Shown: positions 12,363 through 23,503 of the stretch, one piece after another
How the letters are laid out: each line of letters starts with the position of its first letter
Position numbering within the stretch: position 1 is the first letter of the stretch
Assembly: GCA_000934665.2 (NCBI GenBank)
Contig: KZ538704.1
Coordinates: 1-52,821, forward strand
DNA length: 52,821 nt
Origin: Catajapyx aquilonaris
Taxonomy: Eukaryota
Direction: 5' to 3'
Notes under the pieces: model-generated
The model's input: only the letters and a program-made list of their open reading frames with translations
What the model was told of the DNA's origin: nothing
Database searches by the model: none
Program-made: the position numbers and the translations under genes

Positions 12363-12582
12363 CGTTCAGTCACGCAGTTTGAATCACCACATCGCAGCAT
12401 GACTCTCAATGTGGATTGACTTGTGTATTGATTTGTAATAATATATCTGTCAGTGTTTAGTTTAGAAATAATCCAGCCAATTAAATAAATATCTGTTTTT
12501 GAGATAATTCAGCTGGTAGCTAACAGCTAAATGGCGATCGCTGTTTCTGCCAAGAACCGGTGACAGTAACCGCTACTGCTGC

Positions 12583-12662
12583 TAGCGGCTTTTAGAAGCC
12601 TCAGGCTGTGAGCAGATCCACGGCAGGCGTCGGAATGCATCCCAAAAATTCCAAAATGGCGG
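12583..12662 (+). promoter_or_regulatory. Cluster promoter, G4
   Basis: TAGCGG 12583; GGCGTCGGAATGCATCCC 12626-12643; CAAAATGGCGG 12652-12662. Confidence 0.7.
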
Positions 12663-12766
12663 AGTCGCTTTCGTTCGATCGGATCAGGTCCAAGCTTCTC
12701 TCGGCGTGAGTTGAACCGTTTCCTTCCCTTTGCCATGGCTGTTCACGAGCTGTTTTGTTTCGCAGG

Positions 12767-14510
12767 ATGTTGCCCTTGGCTTCGGAGATCAAGAAGGAGG
12801 AGGAGGAGGAGGAGGACGGGGAATTAGCTGCGGGGGATGATGAGGTGCAGCTGCCTGATGATGATGATGACCTTCCTGCTGTCAAGGTGGAGTCTGCTGA
12901 AGAAAGGTCTGCCGGATGGTGTCATTTTTAAGGTGTCGAGATCAAAGTGTCACTTTTCCCAAAGAAAGGAACACTGCCCGTTTTCAATGGAAGTGACTGC
13001 ATCTCTTAGGACAGGGTCGTACCTGTATCTGAAAGTGTTTTCACGCCTTTTCCCAGGGCTATGTCATTGGTGTTAAAGATCAAGCAGGAAGAGGAGGAGG
13101 AGGAGGACAAATTAGGAGAGATAAAAGAAGAGCCAGAGATAGACGTACCGGTAGATCAAATGGAGGACGGCGAGGAAATGGAAGAAGACGGCGAAGGAAT
13201 GGTGACGACAGAGGATTTGTGGAGTTTGGTCATGAAGGAGGAACCTCGTTTGGCGGAACCAACTGCCGTGGAAGTACCGGATGAGGTGGCATCGGATGGG
13301 GCACCAAATGTGGAAAGCGTGGCTTCCAGCAATGTAGGCACCCCACTGGGAGCCACATCCAGAAGGACTTCTGCTGGAGGACAGGTACGCTGTCATCGGA
13401 AATGTGCGCTTGATGTTCACCTCCGCTTTCTATTAGCATTACAGTTGGAGTGAGATGTCCGACATGCACCTTGCCTATGGCGAAGCACAGGGGCGTGGTA
13501 GAGAAGCCCAGAGGGTGTACCAGGAACTATTTCCAAAGAGGAAATTGCCAAATGGCTCCACCTTTGCAGCAATTGACCAGCGGCTGAGGGAATACGGTTG
13601 TCTCTACAAACAAGCACGTGAGACTGGACGACCCGCCACTGTGGCAACTGCAAGCATGAAGAAGAGAGTGTTGGACTGCTTCAGAGAGGGGTCTGCCTCT
13701 AGCCTTCGCAGCGTGGCCCGTGCCCTGGGCACCAGTACCAGCACTGTTAGGAAGATTGTGAATGAGCACAGGCAGCAGTTCCACATGTACGCAGAGAGGG
13801 TGCACATACTGGGTCCGGATGACTTCCCTTTGCGGGTGGAGTTTGCCGAGTGGTTTCTGAAGCAACATGCAGCGGATCCCCAGTTTCCGTCCCTTGTGCT
13901 CTTTACTGATGAAGCATCGTTTGATCTGGAGGACGCATGGAACTCCAGAAACAGCAGCGTCTGGGAGAAAGAGAACCGTCTCGCCGTACGACCCAAGAGC
14001 CAGCAAGATAGAGTTTCGGTAAACGTGTGGGTAGGAATTCTAGGAGACCTCTTGCTGGGTCCACTTCTGCTCCCGCAAGACCTAGATGCCAGGTCGTACA
14101 GGGTGTTTCTGGGCCACTCGTTGCCAGAGCTGCTGGAGTGTGTTCCGCTGGACATGCGCATGAAAATGTGGTTCCAGCATGACGGGGTGTCTGCTCATTT
14201 TGGGTCTGGTGTTGGTAAGTGCCTGAAGAGGACCTTTTGCGACAGGAGGATCAGCCAGGGCGGCCCTGTGTCCTGGCCACCACGGTCACCGGACCTCACT
14301 CCCGTCGACTTTTTTCTGTGGAGTTACATCAAGACTCTAGTGTACGAGACCCCAGTGGATTCGGAGCAGATTCTTCTCGCCCGAATCATGGCAGCATGTG
14401 AAGTGATACGGGCAACAGACTGCATATTTCAGCAAGTGCGCGAGTCCATGTTGCGTCGCTGCAAGGCCTGCGTCCAGGCCAACGGGCGCAACTTTGGCCA
14501 CTTCCTTTAA
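12767..14510 (+). CDS. G4: two acidic exons fused to a DD41D (rosa-type) Tc1/mariner transposase with DUF4817-type HTH; exons 12767-12906, 13057-13384, 13437-14510
   Basis: Phase-2 then phase-0 introns are in frame. Exon 3 starts HYSWSEMSDMHLAYGEAQG; motifs FTDEASF, FQHDG, WPPRSPDLTPVDFFLW with 41 residues between the 2nd and 3rd D. No TIRs seen. Confidence 0.85.
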
Positions 14511-14887
14511 CTGCATAAGCTGAGGATCTGTTCGAAACTGTTGTGCTTCCGGTGAAATTTTGTTCAGAAATGTGGTATTTTTTAATGCACTTCATACCTG
14601 CCAAACTTTGCATAGTAATCACAGTTTTACGTACATAATTATGAAATGTACCAACTTTTGCAGTGTGTCGGATCATGTTATTAAATTGTTTCGACTCAAT
14701 AAAGGGCTATATTGACCGATTGGCGTTTGAACCGAAAGAAATTTATTATTTCCACGAATTCGCCCTGGAAGGGCAGTAGAAACTTAGTTTAGCCTACTCT
14801 TTAAAAAAAAAGTATCAAATGAAACAGTTGATGGGAAGGGGTTTTAACTATAATTATTTTCAATAATAAATCAGCGGAAATAGCCAG

Positions 14888-15023
14888 ATAGCGCTCATTG
14901 TCGGTCGCCGAGTAGCAGTAGCGGTTAATAGGTAACTGCTACTGACCACGTAGCGCATAAGACCCTGGCTGACACGGTCGGGCGCCCGAATGCACCCTCA
15001 CAGGGCAATCCAAGATGGCGGCC
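14888..15023 (+). promoter_or_regulatory. Cluster promoter, G5
   Basis: TAGCGG 14919; TAGCGCATAAG 14951-14961; GGCGCCCGAATGCACCC 14981-14997; CAAGATGGCGGCC 15011-15023. Confidence 0.75.
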
Positions 15024-15274
15024 ATTCATTCGCATAATTTTCTTCAATTATCTTTAATTTTTCGCTCCTGAATTGCAGGGAAAGGATTGTTTGGAGCTGG
15101 AAATTTGCAGGGTCAGCTGCAGGGTGAGTATGACGGGGAAAGGAAGAAGGTGGGCATGCCTGAGGAGGAGGACAAGCCCTCCCCTAGTCCTCAGCAGAGT
15201 TGGGCGTATGAATAAGTGTGCTTTGATGATGAACCACAGTTTCAACTGACTTCCACTAATTTCTTTTCAAGGCC

Positions 15275-17015
15275 ATGTCGCACCAGAGGCTGACAATCAA
15301 GGAGGCAGAGGGAGGTGATGGCTTGCCAAGGACTCCAGATGAGACGGGGGAGTCACACTTGAAGGTGGACGAACCTGCATCGTCGTCTGGGGATGACTTG
15401 ATGTGTACCAAAGTTATTCATGCTGGTGGCCATGTGGAGGATGATGAAGAGATGGTGACAACTCTTAATGAGCAGGCTCAAGCTGCTCATGATCCATTGG
15501 CAGTTGCCGCTGCAGATGAGGTACTCATACTTCCACATCATGTGTGATAAGCATTAAAATGTTGTTAAATTTTGGCACCCAATAAATTCAGTGAACTCGG
15601 GACAATCATTTTTCTCGTCGATGGTGCAGTGCAGCTAATAAAGAATTGTGATCATTGCTCCCCAGGCGCCTCATGGATTGGAAATGCAGCCGGTACGACG
15701 AGAAGAAAAGAGGGCAGAACATGACACGCAGTTGTCGTCCTCCACCGAGAAACCAGTAATGGATGAAGAACGGCCATTATTTCAATTGAAGCAGGTAACA
15801 AAGACTTACAAGAAACGAAGGAAGAAGGTGGATAATGCTCAGGATTCTCCTGCAAAGGCAAAGGTTAGTTGTTGATAATGAAGGGGTTATGAATAGAATG
15901 AGAATAAGTAATTGATTGCTTTGCTCTTGGAGGCCATTGGTTACTGTCCATCACAATTAAATTCATTAACGGCTGTACTATTAATCACGAAAATAATGTC
16001 GCACTGTTATGTGATGGCGTCTGCGACTTGTTGTTAAGCATAGGTTGTGGATTCCGGAATATTGCCATATTAACACCCGTAACTTGGCAATGACCATGCT
16101 AAACAACAAGTCGCAGACCCCATCACATTACAGTGCCACATTAAGGTGCGCTTACATGTGAGCAATTTGATCGCGCCATGTCAATGGTTACTTTCACCTC
16201 AAGCGGGTTACTAACGCTCGGCGATGACATTGCTCGATCAAATCACTGACATGTGAACACACCTTCACTTTTGCGGTTAATAGTACATGAGCCATCTTGG
16301 CTGTGAAACTCTGGTTGCATATCTTCTGGATCAGTTGGAAAGGAAGACTTACACCACTACAAAGTTACTAATGAAGTGCATCTTTCAGCAGGAAGTGCAA
16401 GAGAAAGAAGATGATGGGACGCCTGCAAAAATCCAGGAGCAAAGTAATGTGCAGCAGCAAATATCATATGTTTGCCAATTGTGCCAGCAAGTGTTGGCTG
16501 AGCCGTCAGACTTGGAAACGCATATGAAGATTCATGCTGAAGATAACCCATTAACTTGCGTAATATGCAGGAAGACATATTCTCAGAGAAGTTCGCTGTC
16601 CATTCACATGAGGATCCACACTGGGGAGAAGCCTTACAGTTGTCAGTTTTGCCAGAAAAAGTTCCGCCAGTCATTTGATATGAAGGTGCACATGGCAACT
16701 CATACGGGAGACAAGCCGTTTTCTTGTGAAGTGTGCGACAAGGAGTTCATTCTTGCCAGCAAGGTGCGGATCCACATGAAGACCCACACCGGGGAGAAGC
16801 GATTACGTTGCGAACTGTGCAATAAGAGGTACATGTGGCCCAGTGACCTGAGAATCCACATGAGGACCCACACGGGAGAGAAGCCCCATCCCTGCCCAGT
16901 CTGCCACAAAGGTTTCAGTCGGGTAGGGGACATGAACGCGCACAGGAAAGTGCACCGGACGGTCGCCGTTTGGTTGCCAGCAACTGCCGGAGGGAAAGAT
17001 CAGCCAGGCAATTGA
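15275..17015 (+). CDS. G5: acidic leader + basic linker exon + 6 C2H2 fingers; exons 15275-15520, 15666-15863, 16389-17015
   Basis: All phase 0; leader ends HDPLAVAAADE|gtactc; exon 2 has KKRRKK; TGEKP linkers. Confidence 0.85.
15994..16265. mobile_element. Two adjacent palindromic MITEs (15994-16143; 16143-16265)
   Basis: TAATGTCGCACTG..GACTTGTTG / CAACAAGTC..CAGTGCCACATTA and AAGGTGCGCTTACATGT / ACATGTGAACACACCTT inverted arms. Confidence 0.65.
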
Positions 17016-17168
17016 TGTTAAAGGCTGCTCCTTGCCTAGTATTGTTCATTTTATTCGATACGTAGAGTAGTGACATGTCTCCAAATAAATAGTTTTCCAT
17101 CTAGTGTAATTTATGTGTGCGCGCGCAATGCTCTCAAACGGTTATTGCGAAGTAGCAGCGACTGGAAT

Positions 17169-17270
17169 TAGCGGCTACTCCAAAGTGGAATAACGTATAA
17201 TACATTTGTGTAGAACAATCGGAGTTTCAGGCGTCGGAACGCGCCCAAAATTATTGATCCAAGATGGCGG
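17169..17270 (+). promoter_or_regulatory. Cluster promoter, G6
   Basis: TAGCGG 17169; GGCGTCGGAACGCGCCC 17230-17246; CAAGATGGCGG 17260-17270. Confidence 0.7.
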
Positions 17271-17514
17271 ACACAAAAAAGTGGAAATGACGTGAAAATG
17301 ACTCATTTAGCCTGTTTTTTAATCCATTCCAAGGCTGCTGCTTCTGAGTCGAGCTCAGGATCTGCTTCTGCATGGTGGGGACTGTCACGACAAGGTGAGT
17401 TTGAGACACGAGGACAATACTGGAGGAACTAAAGTGCGGGCAAGTACATCAGTGGATATGTCTTGGGATAATATGACTGGGACGTCTGACCAATTGATGC
17501 ACTTTTTCAGAGCC

Positions 17515-18616
17515 ATGTCTTTGCCTGTAACTGTCAAGACGGAACTGGAGGAGGTTGAGGAGACTGCGGCATGCCTTGAATATGATTCCGCATTTACTGC
17601 GCTCAAAGGGGAGCCCGAGGAAGAGATGGTGGCAATCACGGCTGCAGTGGCTGAAGATGCGGATGATCCATTAGCAGTAGCTTCTGGGGGGACCAGTGTG
17701 GTGGGTGACTATATTGACAACAATGAATGACTGGGCTTGTGATTCACAATGCGTGATGCTCACTTATACCCAATAATGCATTTTTCAGGCAGGGCCGAGG
17801 AATTATGGAAATCCAGAGGAGCGCCAAGTTTCATCCACGGGAGACAAGCCATTTGTTTGCCAAGTTTGCCAGAAAGGATTTAGGCTGCCATCTATATTGA
17901 AGAAACACATGCTGTATCACACTGGCGAGAAGCCGTACCCCTGTCAATTGTGCCAGAAGAGGTTTACATGGGCAAGCTGTTTGAAATCACACATGGACAC
18001 TCACAATGAAGAGAATTTGTTCCCCTGCAGAGTCTGCCGTGAAAATTTTAGCAGTATTGATCTTTTGACAGCGCATTTAAAGGTTCACAGTGAGGAAAGA
18101 ACATTTTCTTGCCAGTTATGTGAGAAAAAGTTTAGCGATGCATACCTTTTGAAAATGCACATGATTATTCACAAGGAAGAGAAGCCATTTGCTTGTCAGC
18201 GTTGTCCAAGAAAGTTTGGTATGAAATCACATTTGAAAGTGCACATGGCAAGTCATGCTGAGAAAAAGCCATACTCTTGTGAAGTTTGCCTTAGACAATT
18301 TGGAGGTCCAACCCAGCTTAAAACTCACATGTTGGTGCACACCGGAGAAAAGCAATTTCTCTGCCAAATTTGCCATGGAAAGTTTAGTCTCGCATCGCAT
18401 TTGAAACGACACATGTCAACGGTACATCCTGAAGTAAAGCTATTGTCTTGTGACGTCTGCCATGAAAAATTTAGCACCGAATCGCAACTGAAAACTCACA
18501 TGGTAGCTCACCCAGGGGAAAAACCATTTTCCTGCCAAATTTGCCAGAAAAAGTTCATTCGAGAGCGCTATTTGCAAAGGCATATGGGGGTTCATGCGGG
18601 GGGGAGTCGTACTTGA
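17515..18616 (+). CDS. G6: acidic leader + 9 C2H2 fingers; exons 17515-17700, 17789-18616
   Basis: Leader MSLPVTVKTE..DADDPLAVASGGTSV|gtgggt, phase 0, in frame with finger exon. Confidence 0.85.
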
Positions 18617-20230
18617 AGGTGGAACCTGGATCATCATCTGAGGACGACTGGACTTATTGTACTGAAGACGGAGTACATGGCCATGTGAAGGTGGAGGATG
18701 ATGAAGAGATGATGGCAACTCTTAATGATCAGGCTCAAGTTGCTCATGACCCATTGGCAGTTGACGTTGAAGAGGTACGTCACTCTTCGTATTCAATTCA
18801 AATTCAATTTATTTTACCTCTCTGTTCATCACTGTTCATAATACACACTTCCACATTTAGGCGTCAAATGAATTAAAATGTTGTTAATATTCGGTTCCTA
18901 ATAAATTCAGTGAACAGTGACTTTGTTGATCGCTATTCACTGTAAAGATAATTTGCAACAATTATTTGGTAAAGTAAGGGCAGTTTGTCAAAGCTCGTCA
19001 AAAGTTTTAGGCAGTTGTTGCACAGAGTCGATGCATAAATAAAACAATGGCCTTTTTTGTAAACAATGAACCTCTTCACGTGTTGTTAAATCAAGGGCAA
19101 CAATGTGACATGGCATTGTTATTGGCATACTGAAAGGATGGATGGGGGGCTTGGTGGTCTAGAGGCTATGCTACTGGCCAAGCTGGTTCAAATCCCGTAC
19201 CCTCTGCTTGGGTGGGGTCTTTTTCCACTTTTCACCCGACATGTCCGGGCAGAATTGCACGCCCTTATCTGCCCAGGGCCAAGAGAAAAGGTATTTAAGA
19301 TGGTCAGAAATGACTATGAACTTATTAAGAGCGCCATCCCTTGGGAACCTCTCCCCTTCCCCACGTGCCGGTGGACCCAGGCACCCATGAAATGAGAATT
19401 TGGTGTGCTCAGGAGAATCATGGCTGAATCAAAAATTAAAGGAATTTTTCTCATTCATGTGGAGCTGATGAGTTGTAATCATTGCTTTCAGGCACCTCAT
19501 GGATTGGAAATGCAGCCTGTGGGGGAAGAAAAGAGGTCTGAACATGGAGCGCAGTTGTCATCCTCCACCAAGAAGCCAGCACTGGATGATGAAGAGCAGC
19601 CGTTTCAGCTGAGGAAAGTAACAAAGACTTACAAGAAGCAAAAGAAGGAAGTGGATAACGTTGTTCAGGATTGTCCTGCAAAGGTGAGTTGTGGGTAATG
19701 AGTAAAAGCGATAAGTAGAATGAGAATAAATCATTGATTTTGTCTTGTTAATCACAATGGAATTCACTCATGTCTGTACATGACTAATCAAAACCATGGA
19801 TCATTCCTAGAGCCCAAGATCTGGCTTCCTGTAATTTTTTAAAACATTTCTACTCTGAAACTGGAAATAATGACGAGAGATTTCCTTTGGTGATGGACCG
19901 AGGGTAGATGCGATGCTACTAATCAAATGCATCTTTCAGGAAGTGCAAGAGAAAAAAGACAATGGGACATGTGCGAAGATCCAGATGCAAAGTAATGTGC
20001 AGCAGCAAGAAATGCCAGCGCACCCATATGCTTGCCAATTGTGCCATCAAGTGTTGGCTGAGCCATCTGACTTGGAAAGGCATATGAATATTCATGCTAA
20101 CGATAACCCATTAACTTGTGTAATTTGCAACAAAACATATTCTCGGAAAGGTTCACTGTCCAGTCACATGAAGCTGCATTCCCAAGGGAAGTGTAGGCAA
20201 GTACTGCACAGCAGTAGACATGTCTTGTGA
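18598..20230 (+). pseudogene. G5' : truncated duplicate of G5 (partial leader to 18774, exon 19492-19683, 2-finger exon 19940-20230)
   Basis: GGGGAGTC..TTGAAGGTGGA and later exons align to G5; lacks promoter and ATG; abuts last finger of G6; finger exon breaks into a copy of the G6 first intron near 20190. Confidence 0.75.
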
Positions 20231-20271
20231 TCATTTCTGTGTCGTCTGACCAATGGATGATTTTCAGAGCC

Positions 20272-21087
20272 ATGTCTTTGCCTGTAACTGTCAAGACGGA
20301 ACTGGAGGAGGTTGAGGAGAACGTGAGGACTGCAGCATGCTTAGATTATTAAGATTTATCTGAATGGTTGATCACAAGTTGCAAAGTCTGGTATGTTTTA
20401 CAATGCACTTACCCAATACATATCTTTCAGGAAGGCGATGGATATCCGGAGGAGAGCCAAAGGAACAGTGCTTCATCCACGAGAGACAAGAAGTTCGCTT
20501 GCCGATTTTGCCGGAAAGGATTTACGTTTCCATCTTTGTTGAAGCAACACATGATTTGTCACGCAGAGGAGAAGCTGCTTACCTGTAAATTGTGCCAGAA
20601 AGGGTTTAGGTGGCCGAGCCATTTGAAATCACACATGAATACTCACAATGAACATAATTTGTTCCCCTGCAGAGTCTGCCGTGAAAATTTTAGCAGTGTT
20701 AATCTTTTGACATTGCATTTGAAGGTTCACAGTGAGGAAAGAACATTTTCATGCCAATTGTGTCAGAAAAAGTTCAGCGATGCATACCTTTTGAAAAAGC
20801 ACATGATCATTCACAAGGAAGAGAAGCCATTCCCTTGTCAACATTGCCCGAGAAAGTTTGGCCAGGAATCTGATTTGAAAGCGCACATGGCAAGTCACGC
20901 TGATCATAATCCATACTCTTGCGATGTTTGCCGTATAAAATTTGAAGGTGCATCCGATCTAAAAGCCCACATGCGGGTTCACACAGGAGAAAGGCAATTC
21001 GCCTGCCAAGTTTGCCGGAGACCGTTTCGTCTTGGATCGCATTTGAAGCAACACATGGTCATGGTACATCCTGAAGTAAAGCGATAA
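20272..21087 (+). pseudogene. G6' : duplicate of G6 with broken leader (20272-20350) but open 7-finger exon (20431-21087)
   Basis: MSLPVTVKTELEEVEE..ACLDY* truncated; phase-0 acceptor at 20430; fingers align to G6 fingers 1-7; AATAAA 21164. Could be a usable alternative last exon. Confidence 0.65.
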
Positions 21088-21244
21088 CAAGAAGAGTCAT
21101 GCTCACGTGTGCAAGTTTGTCCGCTGACAAACTGCACCATCGGCACTGATTACCATTTGCAAAAATAAACTATTGATTTTCCTAGATTTTTGAGCTTTTA
21201 ATTTTTGTAGCGATTGGACCAGCTATTTAGCGCATCATGCCCAG

Positions 21245-21351
21245 TAGCGGCGATAGCGTTTAGCACATCTGACCACTGATCACGTCGCCGATGGGTTGTT
21301 GTCAGGCGTCGGAATGCGCCTCGCTTCCTGCCTTCCAATCCAAGATGGCCG
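21245..21351 (+). promoter_or_regulatory. Cluster promoter, G7
   Basis: TAGCGG 21245; GGCGTCGGAATGCGCC 21305-21320; CAAGATGGCCG 21341-21351. Confidence 0.7.
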
Positions 21352-21603
21352 ACCTGAAGGGGAAAGGGCGCCGGTGATGTTCCCTTCTTCTGATTGAATC
21401 CCGGGCGTCCCTGAGGTGCTGCTGGGTTCGGAGGAAGCGCCAGGGAAACAGGAAGAGCTGGCGGGCAGCTGGAGGCGGACATCAGGCAGGTCAATAGCCT
21501 ATTGGAAGGAAGAAAAGATGCAAGTTATAAAGCATTTGATGGGAAATACTCTTGGAGGATGGTAATGCACCTCAATTTGATAGTGTGATTGTGTTTCAGA
21601 AAC

Positions 21604-22845
21604 ATGTCTGAAGCCATCCAGCTCAAGGAAGAGGTGAAGGAAGACCTGGATAGAATTACTACAGAGGAGACGTGGATGCTGGAATTGAAGAAGGAAGGAC
21701 CTTCATGCTTCGATGCTGCGGTTGGCGTGATTCCAGAGGTCAAACAGGAGGCCGCTACGGCAGAAGGCGGTGGTTACGGAGATGACCCGGTAGCAACAGC
21801 AGATCAGGACGTCGAGGCGGAAGAGGAGAAAGAAGTGGTGATCATCACTAGATGGGTGGATAATGCAAGTGACCCGTTAGAAACCCAAGGCTTTGTAGAT
21901 GGTGTGCATCAGAATGGCAAATCGGCCGCAGCAGAGGTCGTCAACGGAGGATTTGACGGGGATGCAAACGATCCCTTAGTAACCATTGCTGGAGGAACCA
22001 GTGCGGTATGTCGCTGATTCCAAGTTTTCTGCCAATGGCAGTACAGTAGGTCCCTAGTCTGGACAGCAGAGGTAACTCGTGGCATCACTTGCATTCTACT
22101 TTGTAATTTTAATTGCAAGATAGCGCCTCAAAAGCATTCCCTGCAAAAGCTGGCTGAAGCTCTAGAGTGGAATCCAGAGTCTGCAAAGTCGCCATTTCAT
22201 TGCAAAATGATGTACTTGCAGCTGTCCACGTTTAGTGAGAGAGAAAAGGTGACAGTGCTTGGCATGCTCTCATTTATTTAATGCATCTTTCAGGTGGTGG
22301 TAGAACAACCTGGTGAGGAAGCGGAAGAAGAGAAGACCGTGTCTTACGTCGTGTGCCAGGACTTTGTCAGTGTGATAGATTTTTTGACGAGGCAGCTTAT
22401 TCCCGATTCGCTCGAGGAATTAAATGCCACCCAAGGATCGCAGGAAGATATTACGAGACTGACAAGCCTGAAGAAGCACTTCAAAAATGAGACATTACCA
22501 TGTGAAAAATGCAGGAAAATGTTGCGTAAGCTGTTTAAATTCAAAAAGCACATGGAATCTCACGAAAGGAAGGAGAAACATGTGTGTCAAGTTTGCCAAG
22601 AAAGCTTTAGTAGTGCATCTCGTTTGAAAAAACACGGCGTCAACCATTACTCTGTAGTGAATAAGCAATTTGTGTGCGGCTTGTGCCAAAAGATATTCGG
22701 TTACGAAGCTAACCTAAAGGCACACATGAAGACCCACAATGACAATTATCCGTTTGTATGTTCAGTATGCCAGAAGAAGTGCATTTCAGCAGATCATTAC
22801 AATGCGCACTTTGCAACGCATAACCCACCAGGGCCCCAAGAATGA
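21604..22845 (+). CDS. G7: long acidic leader (three D-P-L/V motifs) + 4 divergent C2H2 fingers; exons 21604-22005, 22294-22845
   Basis: Phase-0 intron; DDPV, SDPL, NDPL in leader; four C2H2 motifs with non-canonical linkers. Confidence 0.8.
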
Positions 22846-23335
22846 AGGGCAGTGCGCAGGACATATCTTTTTCTTTATTGCCCCCAACATTGAGTATGGT
22901 ACAGTGTACATGCAATGCTTTGTACTTAGATGTATATACATCAGAAATGTTTTGAACGACTGAAGCTTCTCATATGTAACTGCGATGGTTGCGATCCTGG
23001 TTACATTTAAACCGCTATAATTCTGGTAGTTCTTGGAAGTCGTCGTGTACATATCGCTTGTGACATCCTGTGCCGATTTTTTCATTTTTAAATAGTTGGT
23101 CTTAGTACTGTAATACCCACTTTTCATTAAACATCGAGTGAATCATGCATATGGCGTAATATTTTTGGGTCATGACCAAGTGTATATTGTGTGTAGTACA
23201 GTACAGTGCTGTAGAGGCGGAGTCAAGGGGAACAATTATTATGTTTCATTATTATGAAGTTGGATTTCCCATTATTAGTTAATGCAATTAGCTCAAATAA
23301 TAACGGCTCCACAAGTCGCCGCTACTTTCATCGGC

Positions 23336-23429
23336 GACAGCGCATAAGCACCTCCCTACTGACGGGCGTACGAATGCGCCCCAATTAAAAAAAAAAAAAA
23401 CGACAAAAGAAAATTTCAAGATGGCCGCC
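23336..23429 (+). promoter_or_regulatory. Cluster promoter, G8
   Basis: GACAGCGCATAAG 23336; GGCGTACGAATGCGCCCC 23365-23382; CAAGATGGCCGCC 23417-23429. Confidence 0.7.
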
Positions 23430-23503
23430 CAGCCAAAAGCCTCGTGATGAAGATGAAGGGATGGGAAATGGTTCGTTTCTGAGACTCGAGCTGGGTTAGG
23501 AAG

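Noticed and set aside
13437..14510. Autonomous active Tc1/mariner element
   Set aside because: No TIRs or TA-flanked ends seen; ORF begins at a splice acceptor 52 nt from a host exon.
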